NCBI GenBank assembly: GCA_963830915.1
Contig: CAWHOE010000064.1
Coordinates: 160,001-224,000, forward strand
Origin: a candidate division FCPU426 bacterium
GTDB taxonomy: Bacteria > Oederibacteriota > Muellerivitia > Muellerivitales > Muellerivitaceae
Direction: 5' to 3'
Length of the DNA: 64,000 bases
In this document: one piece after another, positions 62,248 through 64,000 of the stretch
How positions within the stretch are numbered: the stretch's first letter is position 1
Layout: each line of letters opens with the position of its first letter
Notes under the pieces: generated by a model
Told to the model about the DNA's origin: nothing
What the model saw: the letters and a program-made list of their open reading frames with translations, nothing else
Database searches by the model: none
Made by a program: the position numbers and the translations under genes

Positions 62248-62568
62248 CTATCCTTTTAAGCTTTTGAACATATCCAGGTCCACCGTTTCCTTGAGCCGGA
62301 ACAAGGCGACCACGATGGCCAGTCCCACACAGGCTTCCGCCGCCGCCACCGCCACCACGAACAGCGCCACGACCTGGCCGGTCATGTCCCCGTTCACTCT
62401 TGAGAAGGTCACGAAGGTCAGGTTGACGGCGTTGAGCATCAATTCCAGCGACATCAAGACCACAAAAAGGTTCCGGCGGCTCAAGACCCCGGCGGTTCCG
62501 ACGATGAAAAGCAGGGCCGAAAGGACCAGGTAGTGGGAAGGCCCGATGGGCATGAGAAGGTCCATCAT
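62248..62568 (-). CDS. nuoK: NADH-quinone oxidoreductase subunit K
   Basis: RRN...ELMLNAVNL, AAAEACVGLA. Confidence 0.95.
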   Translation of the reverse strand: MMDLLMPIGPSHYLVLSALLFIVGTAGVLSRRNLFVVLMSLELMLNAVNLTFVTFSRVNGDMTGQVVALFVVAVAAAEACVGLAIVVALFRLKETVDLDMFKSLKG

Positions 62569-63068
62569 AACCTCCTCTTGGCCAGGACCAGGGCACCGAC
62601 CACAGCCGTTAGTAAGAGAAGAGAAAGTATCTCAAAGGGGAACAGATAGGAGGCAAAGATCTTTTCTCCCACCGAGAAGATACTTCCGAATCCTTCTGGC
62701 AAAACGGCGTTTTTCCACTGCCCGGATGGAAAGATCACCAAGAAAACTTGGCCAAAAACCACGCTCGTTATTCCCAACAGGGCTCCCGCCACCCAAACCC
62801 CTTTCGCCCGCAAGGATCCCATATCCTCGTCCCGAAGGTTCAAAAGCATGATCACGAAGATCATCAAGACCATGATTCCCCCGGCATAGACCAATATCTG
62901 CAGGACCGCCAGTAAGGGGGCGGATTGCAGCAGATATAACCCGGCCAGCGCGGCGAAAGCGCCGATCATTCCCACCGCGGAAGCCATGGGATTGGTCCTT
63001 GTGATGACCCATAGGCCCATTCCCAATAACAGGACGGCGAGGATATAGAACACGACCGTTTCGATCAT
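62565..63068 (-). CDS. nuoJ: NADH-quinone oxidoreductase subunit J
   Basis: QILVYAGGIMVLMIFVIMLL, YLFPFE. Confidence 0.95.
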   Translation of the reverse strand: MIETVVFYILAVLLLGMGLWVITRTNPMASAVGMIGAFAALAGLYLLQSAPLLAVLQILVYAGGIMVLMIFVIMLLNLRDEDMGSLRAKGVWVAGALLGITSVVFGQVFLVIFPSGQWKNAVLPEGFGSIFSVGEKIFASYLFPFEILSLLLLTAVVGALVLAKRRL

Positions 63069-63078
63069 CCGTTACCTT

Positions 63079-63623
63079 TCAAGGTCTGGCGTGGGGCCCA
63101 TGGGTCCACTTCACGGGCCGAGGAGGATTATAGTCCGGCACGAAGTCCTTATTATCGTGCTTCATCAGATATTCCTTATGATAAACCAGGCTGGGTCGGG
63201 TGAAATCAGCCAGCGTCACTTCCGGTACATCCATCCGGATAGCGTCCAGGGGGCAGGCGTCCACGCAATAACCGCAAAAAACACAACGCAGCATGTCGAT
63301 ATCGAATTTGGCGGGGTATTTCTCGATATTCGAGTCCGGTGATTCCGCCGCCAGGATATGGATGCACTCCGCCGGGCAGGCGGTGGCGCAAAGCATGCAG
63401 GCCGTACAACGGGGAGCGCCATCCTCCCTTTTCATGAGCCTGTGCCGTCCCCGGGTCGTGGGGGGCAGGCTCTTTTTTCCTCGGGAAAGTAGACCACCGG
63501 CATCCGGCGCGGATACAGAAGGTTTGCCGCCGCGTGGCGCAGGGTTACCCACAGGCCCTGGAGGACCTGGAGAACGTAGAATTTTTGGGTTCCCTTTATC
63601 TCGGGGCGTTCCACCACTCGCAT
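63079..63623 (-). CDS. nuoI: NADH-quinone oxidoreductase subunit I; frameshift at the T6 run 63473-63478
   Basis: N-terminus ...YFPEEK joins RGRH...[12 protein letters not shown]...[12 protein letters not shown] if one base is added to the homopolymer. Confidence 0.92.
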
Positions 63624-63677
63624 CGGACTTCCCTTCTTCTCAACAGATAGACGTTTCGCGCGTCCTATTCAGCCCTT

Positions 63678-64000
63678 CTATTTTTGGATCAGGATCAAAG
63701 CCCCTGTCACCAACAGGTTCAAAAGCGCCAAAGGCAGCATCAACTTCCAACCCATCCCCATCAACTGGTCATAACGGAACCGGGGGAGGGTCCATCGCAC
63801 CCACACATAAAGCCAGCAAAAGAAAAGCACTTTCATCAAAAGACAGCAGACCTGCAATAAAGCGGTCAAGAGAGGCGGCATCCAGGGAAGGAAATTCCCA
63901 TTGAACAGAGCGTACCCCAGGGCCACTAGACCCACAAAAGCCAATCCGGCTCCCGCGGCGGAAATAAGATAGGGTTCCCATTTTTTCATCCCCGTGAATT
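63678..64000 (-). CDS. nuoH: NADH-quinone oxidoreductase subunit H, 3' part (5' end beyond the window edge)
   Basis: [18 protein letters not shown] motif. Confidence 0.92.
   Translation of the reverse strand, partial: FTGMKKWEPYLISAAGAGLAFVGLVALGYALFNGNFLPWMPPLLTALLQVCCLLMKVLFFCWLYVWVRWTLPRFRYDQLMGMGWKLMLPLALLNLLVTGALILIQK

Noticed and set aside
63432..63552. Programmed frameshifting in nuoI, nuoN or sdhA
   Set aside because: No precedent I know of for these genes; several similar homopolymer indels across the window favour sequencing error.

Overview
Bacterial chromosomal window, mostly GC-rich housekeeping and metabolic genes: GH5 glycosidase, icd, bcp, moeB, mtnB-mtnD, queG, mqnD, tandem thyX, AAA/vWA pair, cstA, a desaturase, korAB-ferredoxin-FNR-sdh, and nuoH-N, plus four related large GT-C-type membrane proteins. 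The left end (1-6510) is a distinct accessory locus. It holds an AT-rich array of at least seven co-oriented, single-gene cassettes, mostly encoding secreted or membrane proteins. The cassettes are separated by eight directly oriented copies of a 28-bp near-palindrome, TGTCCACGACGGG-TC-CCCGTCGTGGACA (13-2-13), and one interval is an empty 47-bp cassette. At the head of the array is a gene fusing a ParB-type HTH domain, a transmembrane helix and a VirB8/NTF2-like domain, preceded by about 6.5 tandem 53-bp repeats built from GGTAACnnGTTACC-type palindromes. The layout is integron-like but has no attC signature and no recombinase inside the window (the array runs off the left edge). This is the best candidate for an undescribed cassette capture/shuffling system. 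Several genes, including sdhA, nuoI and nuoN, carry single-base frameshifts, mostly at short homopolymers, most likely assembly errors. Family assignments come from motif recognition, not database searches.
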